From assembly GCA_934793215.1 (NCBI GenBank), contig CAKVOP010000001.1, positions 66,280 to 130,279 on the forward strand: DNA of 64,000 bases, given 5' to 3'. Position 1 is the first letter of the stretch. Every line of letters begins with the position of its first letter. Of this stretch, positions 1-10,051 are shown piece after piece. Origin of the DNA: an uncultured Clostridia bacterium. Its GTDB lineage: Bacteria; Bacillota; Clostridia; Christensenellales; UBA1242. Position numbers and translations under genes: made by a program. Under the pieces are notes generated by a model, which was not told the origin of the DNA, searched no databases, and worked only from the letters and a program-made list of their open reading frames with translations.

Positions 1-284
1 AAAACATGGGCTCGGCAGACTATCAAGCCTTGCCCCCATGCATGCGTGGGGTCTTTGTAAATGTGGTTAACACATTTTTAGAGCCTTATTTATCTAAAAT
101 TCAATCACGAACGCTGATTGTTTGGGGACAAAATGATAAAGATACTCCTCTGTATATGGCAAAAAGATTTAAACGAAAAATTAAAAACTCCTCGCTTGTG
201 GTTTTAAATGGTGGGCACTTTGTCTTCCTCGACTGCCCGCTAGCCTTTTATAAAGTTGTTAGAGAATTCTGGGAGGCAAAATGA
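1..284 (+). CDS. alpha/beta hydrolase, C-terminal fragment (5' end lies outside the window)
   Basis: The translation ends ...RTLIVWGQNDKDTPL...GGHFVFLDCP..., the typical C-terminal Asp/His region of alpha/beta-fold hydrolases. Its stop overlaps the next start (ATGA at 281-284). Confidence 0.6.
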   Translation, partial: NMGSADYQALPPCMRGVFVNVVNTFLEPYLSKIQSRTLIVWGQNDKDTPLYMAKRFKRKIKNSSLVVLNGGHFVFLDCPLAFYKVVREFWEAK

Positions 285-1699
285 TATATGTAAGTATGGT
301 CTTATGTGCATGTGTGAGTACGGCGTTTTCACTTATGTTTTTAAAAACTTATCAACTTTCGTCTTATAAAACGCGGACTTTTTTTAAAGAAATTTGTGCT
401 TTAAATTTTTCAAGTGGAAATAAAAACAAAATTGTCTTTACCAAACGAATTATTCGTTTTCTTATCACTCTGTTCTTATTAAATATGGGGATATTTTACC
501 TTATAAACCGTTTCGTTTCGAACGTATGGTTGCTTCTTCTCGATTATTTGATAGTGCTTGTAATGTGTCCGCTTATTATGATAGTTGCACACTTTGTAAT
601 ATGTCCACTTGAAGAGTTTATTAAGTGGTGCTACATTCAAAGGGCTCGAAAAAAACTCCTAAAGAAAAATGTTATAAAAATTGGGATAACAGGCTCGTAT
701 GGAAAAACTTCAACAAAAAATATTTTGACCGAACTGCTTGAAAAAGAATATAAAGTTTGCACCACCCCGTTAAGTTATAACACCGAAATGGGCATAACAA
801 AAACTATTCTTGAATCTCTTGACGACCATGATGTTTTCATAGCAGAAATGGGGGCTAGAAAAAAAGGCGACATTAAGATTTTGACAGACATTGTAAAACC
901 AGATTATGGAATAATAACAACTGTTGGCAAACAACATATAGAATCTTTTAAAACCCTTTCTGTAATTGAGGATACAAAGTTTGAACTTGCTGAAAATGTG
1001 TCGCATGACGGAGCAATGGTGTTTAATGGTGATAGTCCTTCTGGCGTGAGGCTATTTAAAAGATGTAAAACTAATAAATATTTGGTTTGCGACAAGCGAG
1101 GCTTTGCCTATGCTCAAAATGAAAAAATAACAAGTGAAGGTTGCGAGTTTGAACTTGTGCTTGACGGGCAAATTATAAAAATGAAAACGGCACTTCTCGG
1201 GAAGTGCAATATCGACAATATTGTTTGTGCTTGTGCTATGGCAAGGCTTTTGGGTATAAGTGACGAAGATATGATTTCTGCAGTCAAAAAACTAAAACCA
1301 ACAAGCCATAGACTTGAAATAATTAAAAATGATTATTGCACAATTTTAGATGACTCTTATAACTCTAATCTTGTGGGTGCAAAAGAAGCACTTAATGTAT
1401 TAAGCCATTTTGAGGGCCAAAAAATTGTAATCACTCCAGGATTCGTGGAAATGGGCGAGGCTGGCTCGATGTCTAACTTTGCACTGGGAGCAAGTGTAGC
1501 AGATGTGGCTGATTATATTGTTATAATGAATGAAATTAATAAGAATTATTTATTTTCTGGAGCAATAAGCCACAATTTTGATAAAAATAAAATATTTTTC
1601 TGCTCAACAAGAGAGAAACAAAAAGAAATAATAAATCTTATTTCAACAAAAGGCTGTGTCATTTTATTTGAAAACGACCTTCCAGATAATTTTAAATAG
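281..1699 (+). CDS. murF: Mur ligase, MurF-like (UDP-MurNAc-tripeptide--D-Ala-D-Ala ligase) with a hydrophobic N-terminal region replacing the usual domain 1
   Basis: P-loop GITGSYGKTSTK at about aa 135, with Mur ligase central and C-terminal domains (DDSYNSN, HRLE). It sits immediately upstream of ddl. The first ~130 aa form 3-4 predicted TM helices. Confidence 0.7.
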   Translation: MIYVSMVLCACVSTAFSLMFLKTYQLSSYKTRTFFKEICALNFSSGNKNKIVFTKRIIRFLITLFLLNMGIFYLINRFVSNVWLLLLDYLIVLVMCPLIMIVAHFVICPLEEFIKWCYIQRARKKLLKKNVIKIGITGSYGKTSTKNILTELLEKEYKVCTTPLSYNTEMGITKTILESLDDHDVFIAEMGARKKGDIKILTDIVKPDYGIITTVGKQHIESFKTLSVIEDTKFELAENVSHDGAMVFNGDSPSGVRLFKRCKTNKYLVCDKRGFAYAQNEKITSEGCEFELVLDGQIIKMKTALLGKCNIDNIVCACAMARLLGISDEDMISAVKKLKPTSHRLEIIKNDYCTILDDSYNSNLVGAKEALNVLSHFEGQKIVITPGFVEMGEAGSMSNFALGASVADVADYIVIMNEINKNYLFSGAISHNFDKNKIFFCSTREKQKEIINLISTKGCVILFENDLPDNFK

Positions 1700-1707
1700 G
1701 AGGAAAA

Positions 1708-2823
1708 ATGAAAACGATTTTGGTTATTTATGGTGGGCAAAGCGTGGAACACGATATCTCTGTCATCACCGCTTTGCAGGCAATGAAAAATGTTAAAGGA
1801 TATGATATATTGCCATTGTATATAAAAACTGATGGTGTGATTGTTACAGCAGATAATTTAACAGATGGCAGGATTTATCTTAACTATAAAAAACTAGTAA
1901 AAAATGAAAGACAGGTTTTCTTCAGCCCCGGGCGAAATGAAATATTTTTGCTTAAAAAGAACAAGATTAAAGGTTTTATAAAACCTTATTGCGCCCTTCT
2001 ATGTAATCATGGCCATGGTGGCGAAGATGGCTGTTTGCAAGGAATGCTTGAAATGTGCAATATTCCGTACTCCTCTTCCCAAGTTTTGTCGAGTGCTATC
2101 ACAATGGATAAAGTTTTAACTAAAATGGTGCTTGAAAAAAAACATATCCTTACACCCGCATATGTACATTTTAACAAGTATGAATTTGTGCATTCAAAAG
2201 AGGAAGTTTTGTCTAAAATAAATGACAAATTAGGCTTCCCTTGTATTGTAAAACCCGCAAATGGGGGTAGTAGTGTTGGTATTAGCATATGTGAAGATGA
2301 AAATATGCTGGAACAAGCAGTTCTAGAAGCACTCGAATTTGATGATAAGATTCTTGTTGAGAAATTTGTAGAAAATGCCAAAGAGTTTTCTTGTGCGGTA
2401 ATAAAAAGTGGAAGCAAACTTTTTGCAAGCCGAATTTGGCAGGTTAAAAAAGGCAAATTTTTTACTTTCGAAGAAAAGTATTTGCGTGAAAGTGAAAAAT
2501 TGCATGATGAAATTCCTAAAAAAATTGAAGAGAAAATTAAAGATTTGTCAAAAGACTGTTATGACGCTCTTGAATGTGGAGGCGTGGTAAGGGTAGATTT
2601 CCTTTATGAGGAGGAAACTAAAAAAATGTATGTGGGAGAAATTAATTCAATTCCTGGTTCTCTCGCATTTAACCTTTTCCCATATCCATTTTCTGACCTT
2701 ATTGTTTGTTTAGTGGAAGAGGGAGTCGTCAAATCGCGAGAAAAAAGAGGCATAAAGTATGCTTTTTCTTCCTCTGCCATAAAAAAATATTTAGAATTTG
2801 GTGAAGCTAGAAGCAAGAAATAA
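1708..2823 (+). CDS. ddl: D-alanine--D-alanine ligase
   Basis: N-terminus MKTILVIYGGQSVEHDISV; ATP-grasp motifs (KPANGGSSVGI, EINSIPG); AGGAGG RBS upstream. Confidence 0.9.
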   Translation: MKTILVIYGGQSVEHDISVITALQAMKNVKGYDILPLYIKTDGVIVTADNLTDGRIYLNYKKLVKNERQVFFSPGRNEIFLLKKNKIKGFIKPYCALLCNHGHGGEDGCLQGMLEMCNIPYSSSQVLSSAITMDKVLTKMVLEKKHILTPAYVHFNKYEFVHSKEEVLSKINDKLGFPCIVKPANGGSSVGISICEDENMLEQAVLEALEFDDKILVEKFVENAKEFSCAVIKSGSKLFASRIWQVKKGKFFTFEEKYLRESEKLHDEIPKKIEEKIKDLSKDCYDALECGGVVRVDFLYEEETKKMYVGEINSIPGSLAFNLFPYPFSDLIVCLVEEGVVKSREKRGIKYAFSSSAIKKYLEFGEARSKK

Positions 2824-2843
2824 GGGACTTATTGTCCCTTTTT
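2822..2843 (+). terminator. Rho-independent terminator after ddl
   Basis: AAGGGAC-TTATT-GTCCCTT hairpin followed by a T-run. Confidence 0.7.
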
Positions 2844-2911
2844 GTTCTTTTTTAAACTGGCTTACTAAACATGGCAAGAGTTGAGTTATTATATGGGTGA
2901 TAGGAGGCAAA

Positions 2912-4354
2912 ATGCTAGTAAAAGAACTGCTTGATGGAGTGGACTATGAAGGCGAACTGGAAGAAATAGAAATAAAAGATATAAAAATAGATAGTCGCAC
3001 TATCGAAGAGGGGGATATTTTTATTGCACTGCATGGCAGGCAAGAAAGTGGTGAAAAGTTTATCAATGATGCATTAAAAAGAGGTGCTCGAATTGTTTTG
3101 AGTGAAGAAGAAAATAAAGATAAAAGAGTCATAAAAGTTGCCTCTACAAGGTCAGCGTATGCACTTGTTTGTAAAAACTTTTTTGACAAAGCGTGTGACA
3201 ATCTAAAGATCATTGCAATAACTGGCACAAACGGGAAAACCACCACCGCCACTATCACGAAAGAGGTGCTTGGTTACGCTGGATTAAGAACGGCGGTCAT
3301 AGGAACTCTGGGTGCGGGCGAAAAAGAGCTTCAAGATACTGGATTTACAACGCCAGACCCTTACGCGCTTCATAGAATTTTTAAGGAAATGTACTCGCAA
3401 GGTGTGGAATGCGTAGTTATGGAGGCATCGGCACATGCACTTGCACTTCATAAACTAGATGGAATAAAGTTTGAGATAGGGGTGCTTACGAATGTAACAG
3501 AAGATCATTTGGACTTCTTTGGGGATATGGGAACATACGCACAGGCAAAGTTTAAACTTTTTGAGCCTAACAAAATAAAACTTGGAATTGTTTGCTGTGA
3601 TGATATTTATGGTCGCAAACTTTTTGCAAATGCCAAAGTGCCTATGGTAAGTTATGGCCTGGGCGAGGGAAACGATATAACCGCTTTTGATATAGAAAAT
3701 AGAGGCTTGCAAACGCAATTTGTTTGCAAGGCACTTGGCAGGGAATTTAAAGTCACAAGTCCACTTATTGGAGATTATAATGTTGAAAATATGCTTGCTT
3801 GCGTCGGCAGTTGCATGGCAATGGGGGTTCCAATCGAATTGATTCGACTAGGATTGTCTTGTATAAATCAAGTTGAGGGGAGATTTAATGTTATAACCAT
3901 GGGTGGCGTAAAAATAGTAATCGATTTTGCACATACGCCTGATGGACTTGAAAAAGTTTTGTTGTCAGCAAGAAAACTTACGGGGGGACATCTAAAAGTT
4001 TTATTTGGTTGTGGTGGTGATAGAGACCGATTGAAGCGTCCTATCATGGGCAAGGTGGCCGAGGATTTTGCTGATGAGGTGTATTTAACAAGTGACAATC
4101 CGCGTTTCGAAAATCCGGAAGAAATTATGAAAGAGATAGCCTCTGGAATGAGCAAGCCTTGTAAAATGATTGCAAATCGTAAAGATGCAATTAGACAAAT
4201 TTTGTCTTCCGCTCAAATTGGAGATACGATAGTTTTGGCGGGTAAAGGTGGTGAAAAATATCAAGATATAAATGGTGAAAAATTGCCATATAATGATTTT
4301 GATGAGGTATATCTTTTTTATAGAAATAAAATAAAAGAAGTCGAAAACGAGTAA
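2912..4354 (+). CDS. murE: UDP-MurNAc-L-Ala-D-Glu--2,6-diaminopimelate ligase
   Basis: GITGTNGKTTT P-loop. The DNPR motif (LTSDNPRFE) indicates meso-DAP specificity. I chose the ATG at 2912 because it follows an AGGAGG RBS; the ORF track starts 15 nt earlier. Confidence 0.9.
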   Translation: MLVKELLDGVDYEGELEEIEIKDIKIDSRTIEEGDIFIALHGRQESGEKFINDALKRGARIVLSEEENKDKRVIKVASTRSAYALVCKNFFDKACDNLKIIAITGTNGKTTTATITKEVLGYAGLRTAVIGTLGAGEKELQDTGFTTPDPYALHRIFKEMYSQGVECVVMEASAHALALHKLDGIKFEIGVLTNVTEDHLDFFGDMGTYAQAKFKLFEPNKIKLGIVCCDDIYGRKLFANAKVPMVSYGLGEGNDITAFDIENRGLQTQFVCKALGREFKVTSPLIGDYNVENMLACVGSCMAMGVPIELIRLGLSCINQVEGRFNVITMGGVKIVIDFAHTPDGLEKVLLSARKLTGGHLKVLFGCGGDRDRLKRPIMGKVAEDFADEVYLTSDNPRFENPEEIMKEIASGMSKPCKMIANRKDAIRQILSSAQIGDTIVLAGKGGEKYQDINGEKLPYNDFDEVYLFYRNKIKEVENE

Positions 4355-4617
4355 AAATATTAATTTTAAAAATAAAATATAAAAAGAAAATTGTCGAGAG
4401 TCAATAATAAATAAAATTGTTTTTTCTAAAAAAATTATTTATAAAATGGCTAGAAGTGCCGAAAAATGGTGGAATCATAATTTCTGTCATTTTTTTATTA
4501 AATTTAAAATAGGTGTTTTTATTTTGATTTTTAAAAGACTTTTTTGTTTTTATTTTAAATGCTTATTTTGAAAGAATTTTATTTATTTGCAAAGAATAAA
4601 TTAAATGAGGAGAAATT

Positions 4618-5577
4618 ATGTTAAACTTATTTTTGACCTTTATTATTTCTTTGCTTCTAGCCCTAATTTTGGGTAAACCAATGTTAAGACTTTGTCACAA
4701 ACTTCATTTTTCGCAAACTATTCTTCATTATGTGGACAACCATGCTGGCAAAAGTGGAACGCCAACAATGGGTGGACTTATTTTTATTTTATCGTCTCTC
4801 ATTGGTTCGCTTATATTTATAAAAGGTGATGGTGGAATAAGTCTTATAATTTTGCTTGTCTTTTTTGCGTATGGGCTGTTAGGTTTTCTTGATGACATAA
4901 TTAAAGTACGCGGACACAAAAACGAAGGATTGAAGCCTTACCAAAAAATTATAGGACAAGTTGGTGTTGCTACAGTTATTGGTATTTTTGTTTATCTTAA
5001 AGTAGGTTCAACGCTAGACCTTTTCGGTTTAAAATTAAACATAGGCTTCTTTATAATTCCGTTTATAATTCTTTTTTATGTAGCGGTTACAAATTCAGTT
5101 AATCTTACAGATGGACTTGATGGACTCGCTGGCGGGACAAGCGTTATCTATCTTATCACATTTGCTGTCATTCTATATTTGCAGGGCTTCACAAATTTCT
5201 CAATAATTTCGCTCGCACTGGCTGGCTCGCTCGTGGGCTTTCTTTGCTTTAATTGTTTCCCAGCAAAAATCTTTATGGGTGATACAGGATCTCTTGCTAT
5301 TGGCGGGTTGATCGCATCGCTCGCGGTTTTTTCTGGGCTTGAACTTATTATGCCTATAATTGGAATCATGTTTGTAATGAGTGCGTTAAGCGACGTCTTA
5401 CAGGTTTTGCACTACAAGCGCACTAAAAAAAGAATTTTTAAAATGGCACCTTTGCACCACCATTTTGAACGCTGTGGCGTGCATGAAAATAGAATTGTAT
5501 TAGTATATATAGTTATAACGCTGCTTTGCGGATTAGCATCAATTCTGGGCTATCTGGCAGTGGGAGGAGTGATATAA
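4618..5577 (+). CDS. mraY: phospho-N-acetylmuramoyl-pentapeptide transferase
   Basis: Polytopic membrane protein with NLTDGLDGLA and MGDTGSLAIGG motifs; GAGGAG RBS. Confidence 0.95.
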   Translation: MLNLFLTFIISLLLALILGKPMLRLCHKLHFSQTILHYVDNHAGKSGTPTMGGLIFILSSLIGSLIFIKGDGGISLIILLVFFAYGLLGFLDDIIKVRGHKNEGLKPYQKIIGQVGVATVIGIFVYLKVGSTLDLFGLKLNIGFFIIPFIILFYVAVTNSVNLTDGLDGLAGGTSVIYLITFAVILYLQGFTNFSIISLALAGSLVGFLCFNCFPAKIFMGDTGSLAIGGLIASLAVFSGLELIMPIIGIMFVMSALSDVLQVLHYKRTKKRIFKMAPLHHHFERCGVHENRIVLVYIVITLLCGLASILGYLAVGGVI

Positions 5578-5581
5578 CTTT

Positions 5582-6886
5582 ATGAAATTGAAGGGCAAAA
5601 ATGTTTTAGTATATGGACTTGGAATTAGCGGTCAATCGGCGTGCAAATTATTGCATGAAAAGGGTGCATGCGTGAGCATATATGATGATGAAAGGCGTTT
5701 TTCCAACGTTTACTCTTTTTGTCCAGAACCAAAACTTAAAAAATTTGATCTTGTTGTGTTAAGCCCTGGCATTAAAAGGCTAGGTAATGACCTTGTCGCG
5801 TATTTTGAAGCAATGAAAACGCCAATAATAAGCGAACTAGACCTTGGCTATATATTTTGCAAAGGTAAAGTTATAGGGATAACTGGCACAAATGGAAAGA
5901 CAACTGTAACTTCTCTTGTAGGAGAAATTTTCAAATCTGCTGGTAAGAAGACTTTTGTTTGTGGGAATATAGGCTTGCCTATTACAAACATAGCAATGAA
6001 GACAGATAGAAAAAGTTTTGTCGTGTGTGAAGTCAGCAATTTTCAATTAGAGAGTTCGCAGATTTTTAAGCCAGATGAAGCGACCATATTAAATCTTGCC
6101 CCTGACCACCTTGATAGGCATGGTAGTTATCAAGAATATATACGCGTGAAGCGCAAGATTTTATCTGCAAAAAGACAGAAGGTTGTACTTAATTTTGACG
6201 ATGAAGGCTCAAAAATGAGTAAAATAGATAAAAAAGTGATGTTTTTTTCCAAACTTCCACTTGAAAAAGGCGTTTTTGTGAAAAATAATGCCATTTATCA
6301 TAACAAAACAAAAATCATTTCACTGAATGATATTCCACTTTTCGGCGAAAAAAATCTTGAAAATGTTCTGGCATCTGTGGCACTTGCGGTGGGCTACAAA
6401 GTCAAACTGCAAATAATCAAAAAAGCAATAATTAATTTTGTTGCACCATCACACAGACTTGAATATATTGGCATGGTGAATGGGGCACAGGTTTTTGATG
6501 ACTCCAAGGCAACCAATATTTCGGCAACTATTGGTGCGATTGAATCTCTTGGAGATAACGGACTGGTTTTGATGCTGGGAGGACTCAACAAAGGGTTTTT
6601 GTTTGACGAAATTTTTAATAAAGGTTATTTATTTGATAATTTGTTGTGCTTTGGTGAGGCAGGCGAAGAAATTGCGGATTGCGCAAATAAATACGGATAT
6701 GTTTCTAATATATTCAAAAGTATGAAAGATGCGACCCTTTATGCCAAACAGAATGCTTTAAGTGGTCAAAAAATTCTTCTTGCCCCTGCATGTGCAAGTT
6801 TTGACGAATTTTCGTCTTATGCTGTAAGAGGGGAAGTATTTAAGGAGATTATTACGGGTGAATATGAAAAAAACGAGCGGGGTTAA
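5582..6886 (+). CDS. murD: UDP-N-acetylmuramoylalanine--D-glutamate ligase
   Basis: N-terminal Rossmann motif VYGLGISGQS; GITGTNGKTT P-loop; dcw position after mraY. Confidence 0.9.
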   Translation: MKLKGKNVLVYGLGISGQSACKLLHEKGACVSIYDDERRFSNVYSFCPEPKLKKFDLVVLSPGIKRLGNDLVAYFEAMKTPIISELDLGYIFCKGKVIGITGTNGKTTVTSLVGEIFKSAGKKTFVCGNIGLPITNIAMKTDRKSFVVCEVSNFQLESSQIFKPDEATILNLAPDHLDRHGSYQEYIRVKRKILSAKRQKVVLNFDDEGSKMSKIDKKVMFFSKLPLEKGVFVKNNAIYHNKTKIISLNDIPLFGEKNLENVLASVALAVGYKVKLQIIKKAIINFVAPSHRLEYIGMVNGAQVFDDSKATNISATIGAIESLGDNGLVLMLGGLNKGFLFDEIFNKGYLFDNLLCFGEAGEEIADCANKYGYVSNIFKSMKDATLYAKQNALSGQKILLAPACASFDEFSSYAVRGEVFKEIITGEYEKNERG

Positions 6887-7967
6887 AGATTTAGTCATAA
6901 TTTTGTGCCTAGTTTTCTTTTTGGTAGGCTTCGGTTGCTTGATGGTGTATAGTGCAAGTTTTTATTCGGCACAGTTTAATTACGGGAATAAGTATTTCTT
7001 CCTTTTAAAGCAGTTGTTGGGCGTTGGTATGGGAATAGGGACGCTTTGCCTGTTCTATTTTATTGACTATCATCTACTCTCTAAACTTAAATGGTGGATT
7101 GTAGGAGCAAGCATTGTTTTGCTTGCATTGGTGTTTGTCCCAGGGCTTGGAATGGAAAGTTATGGTGCTAAAAGATGGGTGTCTATTTTAGGCTTTTCAA
7201 TTCAGCCTTCCGAAATTGCGAAGTTTGCCATTGTCATTTTTTCTGCAAGCTATATGAGTGAGCATCATGACGATATGAAGACTTTTAAAGGTCTTTTGCC
7301 AGTGCTGTGCGTTGGTGGAGTAATGTGTTTGCTTATTATGCTTGAACCAAGCATGAGTGTCACAATGTGCATATGCTTTGTTTGTCTTTTTATGCTCATA
7401 ATTGGAGGAATGAGCAAAAAACATACGCTTATGTTTTCAGTTCCAGCTGGTGCGTGTGTTCCGCTTCTTATAATTTTAGAACCTTACAGACTGAAACGCC
7501 TGCTCGCATTTATTGACCCATGGGCATCTCCACAAGGCGAGGGCTTTCAACTTATTCAGTCTTTGTATTCATTAGGCAGTGGGGGCTGGTTTGGTCGAGG
7601 GATATTTGCCAGCCGTCAAAAATGTCTTTTTCTCCCTTTTGCAGAAAGTGATTTTATCCTTTCTATTATTGGAGAAGAGGTGGGGTTTGTTGGGACAACC
7701 CTTCTTTTAGGTGTGTTTCTGTGGCTTGTTATCAAACTTATTAAAATTGCACTCAATGCTCCTGATAGGTTTGGGGCTCTGCTTTCTGCGGGTATCTCAT
7801 TCATAATTGGTGTTCAAACGCTTCTAAACGTCGCGGTTGTAACAGGTTCTATTCCGCCAACGGGACTCCCTCTTCCATTTATCTCCTCAGGTGGAACAAG
7901 CGTTATGATGTTCATGGCTGGGATAGGCATGTGCCTTAATGTGGCTAGGCAAAGCAGGCGTAGATAA
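6864..7967 (+). CDS. ftsW: SEDS-family lipid II flippase/peptidoglycan polymerase (FtsW/SpoVE/RodA family)
   Basis: Ten-TM profile with the conserved tail ...TGLPLPFISSGGTS. The position after murD matches ftsW/spoVE. ATG at 6864 preferred; a GTG at 6858 is also possible. Confidence 0.85.
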   Translation: MKKTSGVKDLVIILCLVFFLVGFGCLMVYSASFYSAQFNYGNKYFFLLKQLLGVGMGIGTLCLFYFIDYHLLSKLKWWIVGASIVLLALVFVPGLGMESYGAKRWVSILGFSIQPSEIAKFAIVIFSASYMSEHHDDMKTFKGLLPVLCVGGVMCLLIMLEPSMSVTMCICFVCLFMLIIGGMSKKHTLMFSVPAGACVPLLIILEPYRLKRLLAFIDPWASPQGEGFQLIQSLYSLGSGGWFGRGIFASRQKCLFLPFAESDFILSIIGEEVGFVGTTLLLGVFLWLVIKLIKIALNAPDRFGALLSAGISFIIGVQTLLNVAVVTGSIPPTGLPLPFISSGGTSVMMFMAGIGMCLNVARQSRRR

Positions 7968-8226
7968 AAATTATTAAAAAGCAGGGCGTCAGGCTTTGCT
8001 TTTTTGTTTTAAAGGAAAAGTAAACTAAAATATCTTTGTTAATATTGGCTTGATAGAATAAATAGTAAAAAGAGAAAGGTCGTTTTTGGGCTAGAGTTAT
8101 GTGGCAAAAATATTTATAGCAGTGATCTTAATTTAATATTGTTTTTCTCCTAAACGCAAGAGTTTGTTTTGCAAAATAATTATGAAAAATTGGACAAGTT
8201 GTGGTAACATATAAATGGAGGAAATT

Positions 8227-8964
8227 ATGAACTATAATGTGGAGCATTGTAAACCATTTAAAAGCAAAAACAATATTTGGATGAAACTGGAACATGTGGG
8301 AAGATATATCTTTGCTAAAGATTTTCTAGAAGACAAGCGTGTTAATAAACTTGCAGATGTTGCTTGTGGAGATGGATATGGATCTAACATCTTGTCTCAT
8401 ATTTCAAAGCATGTATTTTCCATTGATAGAAATTTCACATATTTTAACAAAGAATATTTAAAGAATAAAAAAATATTTTTTCAAAAGTTAAATTTAAATG
8501 ACGAATGTGAATACGAGAAAATAAGTAATCAAGATGCTGTTGTTTGTTTTGAGACTTTGGAACATCTTGAAAAGCCTAAAATGTTTCTTTCGAAAATTTA
8601 TGAACTGCTTAATGAGAATGGGTGGTTTATACTCTCTTTCCCTAATATGCGATTTGAAAGATTTGACGAGAATGGAAACAATAAAGATATTTTTCATCTG
8701 CATGTATTTGAAAAGGAAAAGCTTGAAAAAGATTTAAAAGAAATTGGTTTTAAAGTTGAGGCGGTACTTGGACAAGAATTATGCAACGAGATGTGTTCGG
8801 CAAATTCTAGGCTTGTAAAAAACAAGACTTTGAGTCAAAAAAACATAGATGCATGCTTTAATTATGATGAAACTTCCATAATGACACTGGCAAGACTCTT
8901 TGCTTATCCAAATGAAAAAGATATTGAAGAAAGTTATTCGTATATCTATGTGCTTAAAAAATGA
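8227..8964 (+). CDS. class I SAM-dependent methyltransferase (accessory)
   Basis: SAM-binding motif I LADVACGDGYGS. GGAGG RBS at 8217-8221. Visibly more AT-rich than its neighbours. Confidence 0.7.
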   Translation: MNYNVEHCKPFKSKNNIWMKLEHVGRYIFAKDFLEDKRVNKLADVACGDGYGSNILSHISKHVFSIDRNFTYFNKEYLKNKKIFFQKLNLNDECEYEKISNQDAVVCFETLEHLEKPKMFLSKIYELLNENGWFILSFPNMRFERFDENGNNKDIFHLHVFEKEKLEKDLKEIGFKVEAVLGQELCNEMCSANSRLVKNKTLSQKNIDACFNYDETSIMTLARLFAYPNEKDIEESYSYIYVLKK

Positions 8965-9097
8965 TACACTGTTTGCAATCGTCTTTTGAGCAAAAGTTTG
9001 CAATAGTGCGAAAGAAAAGCAAATGTTATTAGAATTTCATATGTTTATCAAAAGACCACAAATTAAAAGATAAATTTAACTTTTTTAGACTTTATCC

Positions 9098-9125
9098 TTG
9101 AAAAAAAGTATAGTTGTGGTATAAT
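9098..9125 (+). promoter_or_regulatory. sigma-A type promoter for the hydrolase gene
   Basis: TTGAAA, 16 nt spacer, TGgTATAAT (extended -10), 17 nt upstream of the ATG at 9143. Confidence 0.5.
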
Positions 9126-9142
9126 TATTGCTAGGAGGAAAT

Positions 9143-9682
9143 ATGAAAAATTATTTTATTATTCATGGAACTTATGGGCACAACAGAGAAAACTGGTTTG
9201 GTTGGCTTGAAAACAGACTAAAATCAAAGGGCTATGATGTTTATAACTTTAACTATCCAACGCCACAGGGGCACAATTTTGAAAACTGGTCAGCGGTGTT
9301 AGATCAAGTTAAAGATAAAATCACAGAAGATAGTGTTTTTATTTGTCACTCTATCGGTTGTGTGTTTTTGGCCAAATATTGCATAAAAAACAATATTAAA
9401 ATTGGGAAATGTATCTTTGTAAGTGGGTGCAACAACTACTATTTCAACGAAGATTTTGACAAATTGAACCAATATATGTACACAGATGAAATTGAAAAGT
9501 TTATACCTTTATGCAGAGAAAGAGTTTGTATTTATGCGAAAGATGACCCATATATCAAATTTGAAGCATTACAAGATTTTGCTAAATCTATAGACGCAAA
9601 AGAAATCGTTTATGAAAAAGCAGGACATTTCAATGAAAAAGCAGGTTACACATCTTTTGATGATTTATCAAGAGTAATATAA
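9143..9682 (+). CDS. RBBP9/YdeN-family serine hydrolase
   Basis: YFIIHGTYGHNRENWFGWL N-terminus and nucleophile elbow CHSIGC, as I recall for the YdeN (Ser_hydrolase) family. AGGAGG RBS. Confidence 0.65.
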   Translation: MKNYFIIHGTYGHNRENWFGWLENRLKSKGYDVYNFNYPTPQGHNFENWSAVLDQVKDKITEDSVFICHSIGCVFLAKYCIKNNIKIGKCIFVSGCNNYYFNEDFDKLNQYMYTDEIEKFIPLCRERVCIYAKDDPYIKFEALQDFAKSIDAKEIVYEKAGHFNEKAGYTSFDDLSRVI

Positions 9683-9783
9683 AATTTAATAATTCATGTC
9701 TTGTGATAAATTAACTGTTAAAATGATTAAAAATTTGCATTGACAAAAATATGGAAGTAGAAAAGTTTAAATTTTGACAACTA

Positions 9784-9813
9784 ATAGGGGTTACAATGAA
9801 ATCCCTATTTTTT
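9784..9813 (+). terminator. Rho-independent terminator
   Basis: ATAGGG(G)...CCCTAT hairpin followed by TTTTTTG. Confidence 0.6.
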
Positions 9814-9897
9814 GTTTTGAAAAATATGAATGATATGTTAACATTATATATAGGGGAAGTAACACAATCATTGTTAAAGCAATATAAAGGAAACAAG

Positions 9898-10005
9898 ATG
9901 AAGAAGATTTTTAAAGACTGGAATGCGTTTGAAATAATATTCTTATTTGTAAGTTTGCTGGTCATTACATTATGTTTTGCTTTTGGAGTTGATAAAAATT
10001 TGTAG
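9898..10005 (+). pseudogene. pnuC: pnuC (nicotinamide riboside transporter) N-terminal stub, about 35 codons
   Basis: MKKIFKDWNAFEIIFLFVSLLVITLCFAF matches the remembered PnuC N-terminus (FKDW..FE + TM1). The ORF stops after one TM helix and a terminator follows directly. Confidence 0.45.
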
Positions 10006-10023
10006 TCATGTGTTTTATTATAT

Positions 10024-10051
10024 AAAAAGGGCTGAAAATTCAGTCCTTTTT
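10024..10051 (+). terminator. Rho-independent terminator
   Basis: AAGGGCTGA-AAAT-TCAGTCCTT hairpin plus T-run. Confidence 0.7.

Noticed and set aside
9741-9897. Possible NAD+-II (pnuC motif) riboswitch upstream of the pnuC stub
   Set aside because: I cannot reconstruct the motif's conserved nucleotides or pseudoknot from this sequence. The hairpin plus T-run at 9784-9813 is adequately explained as a terminator.
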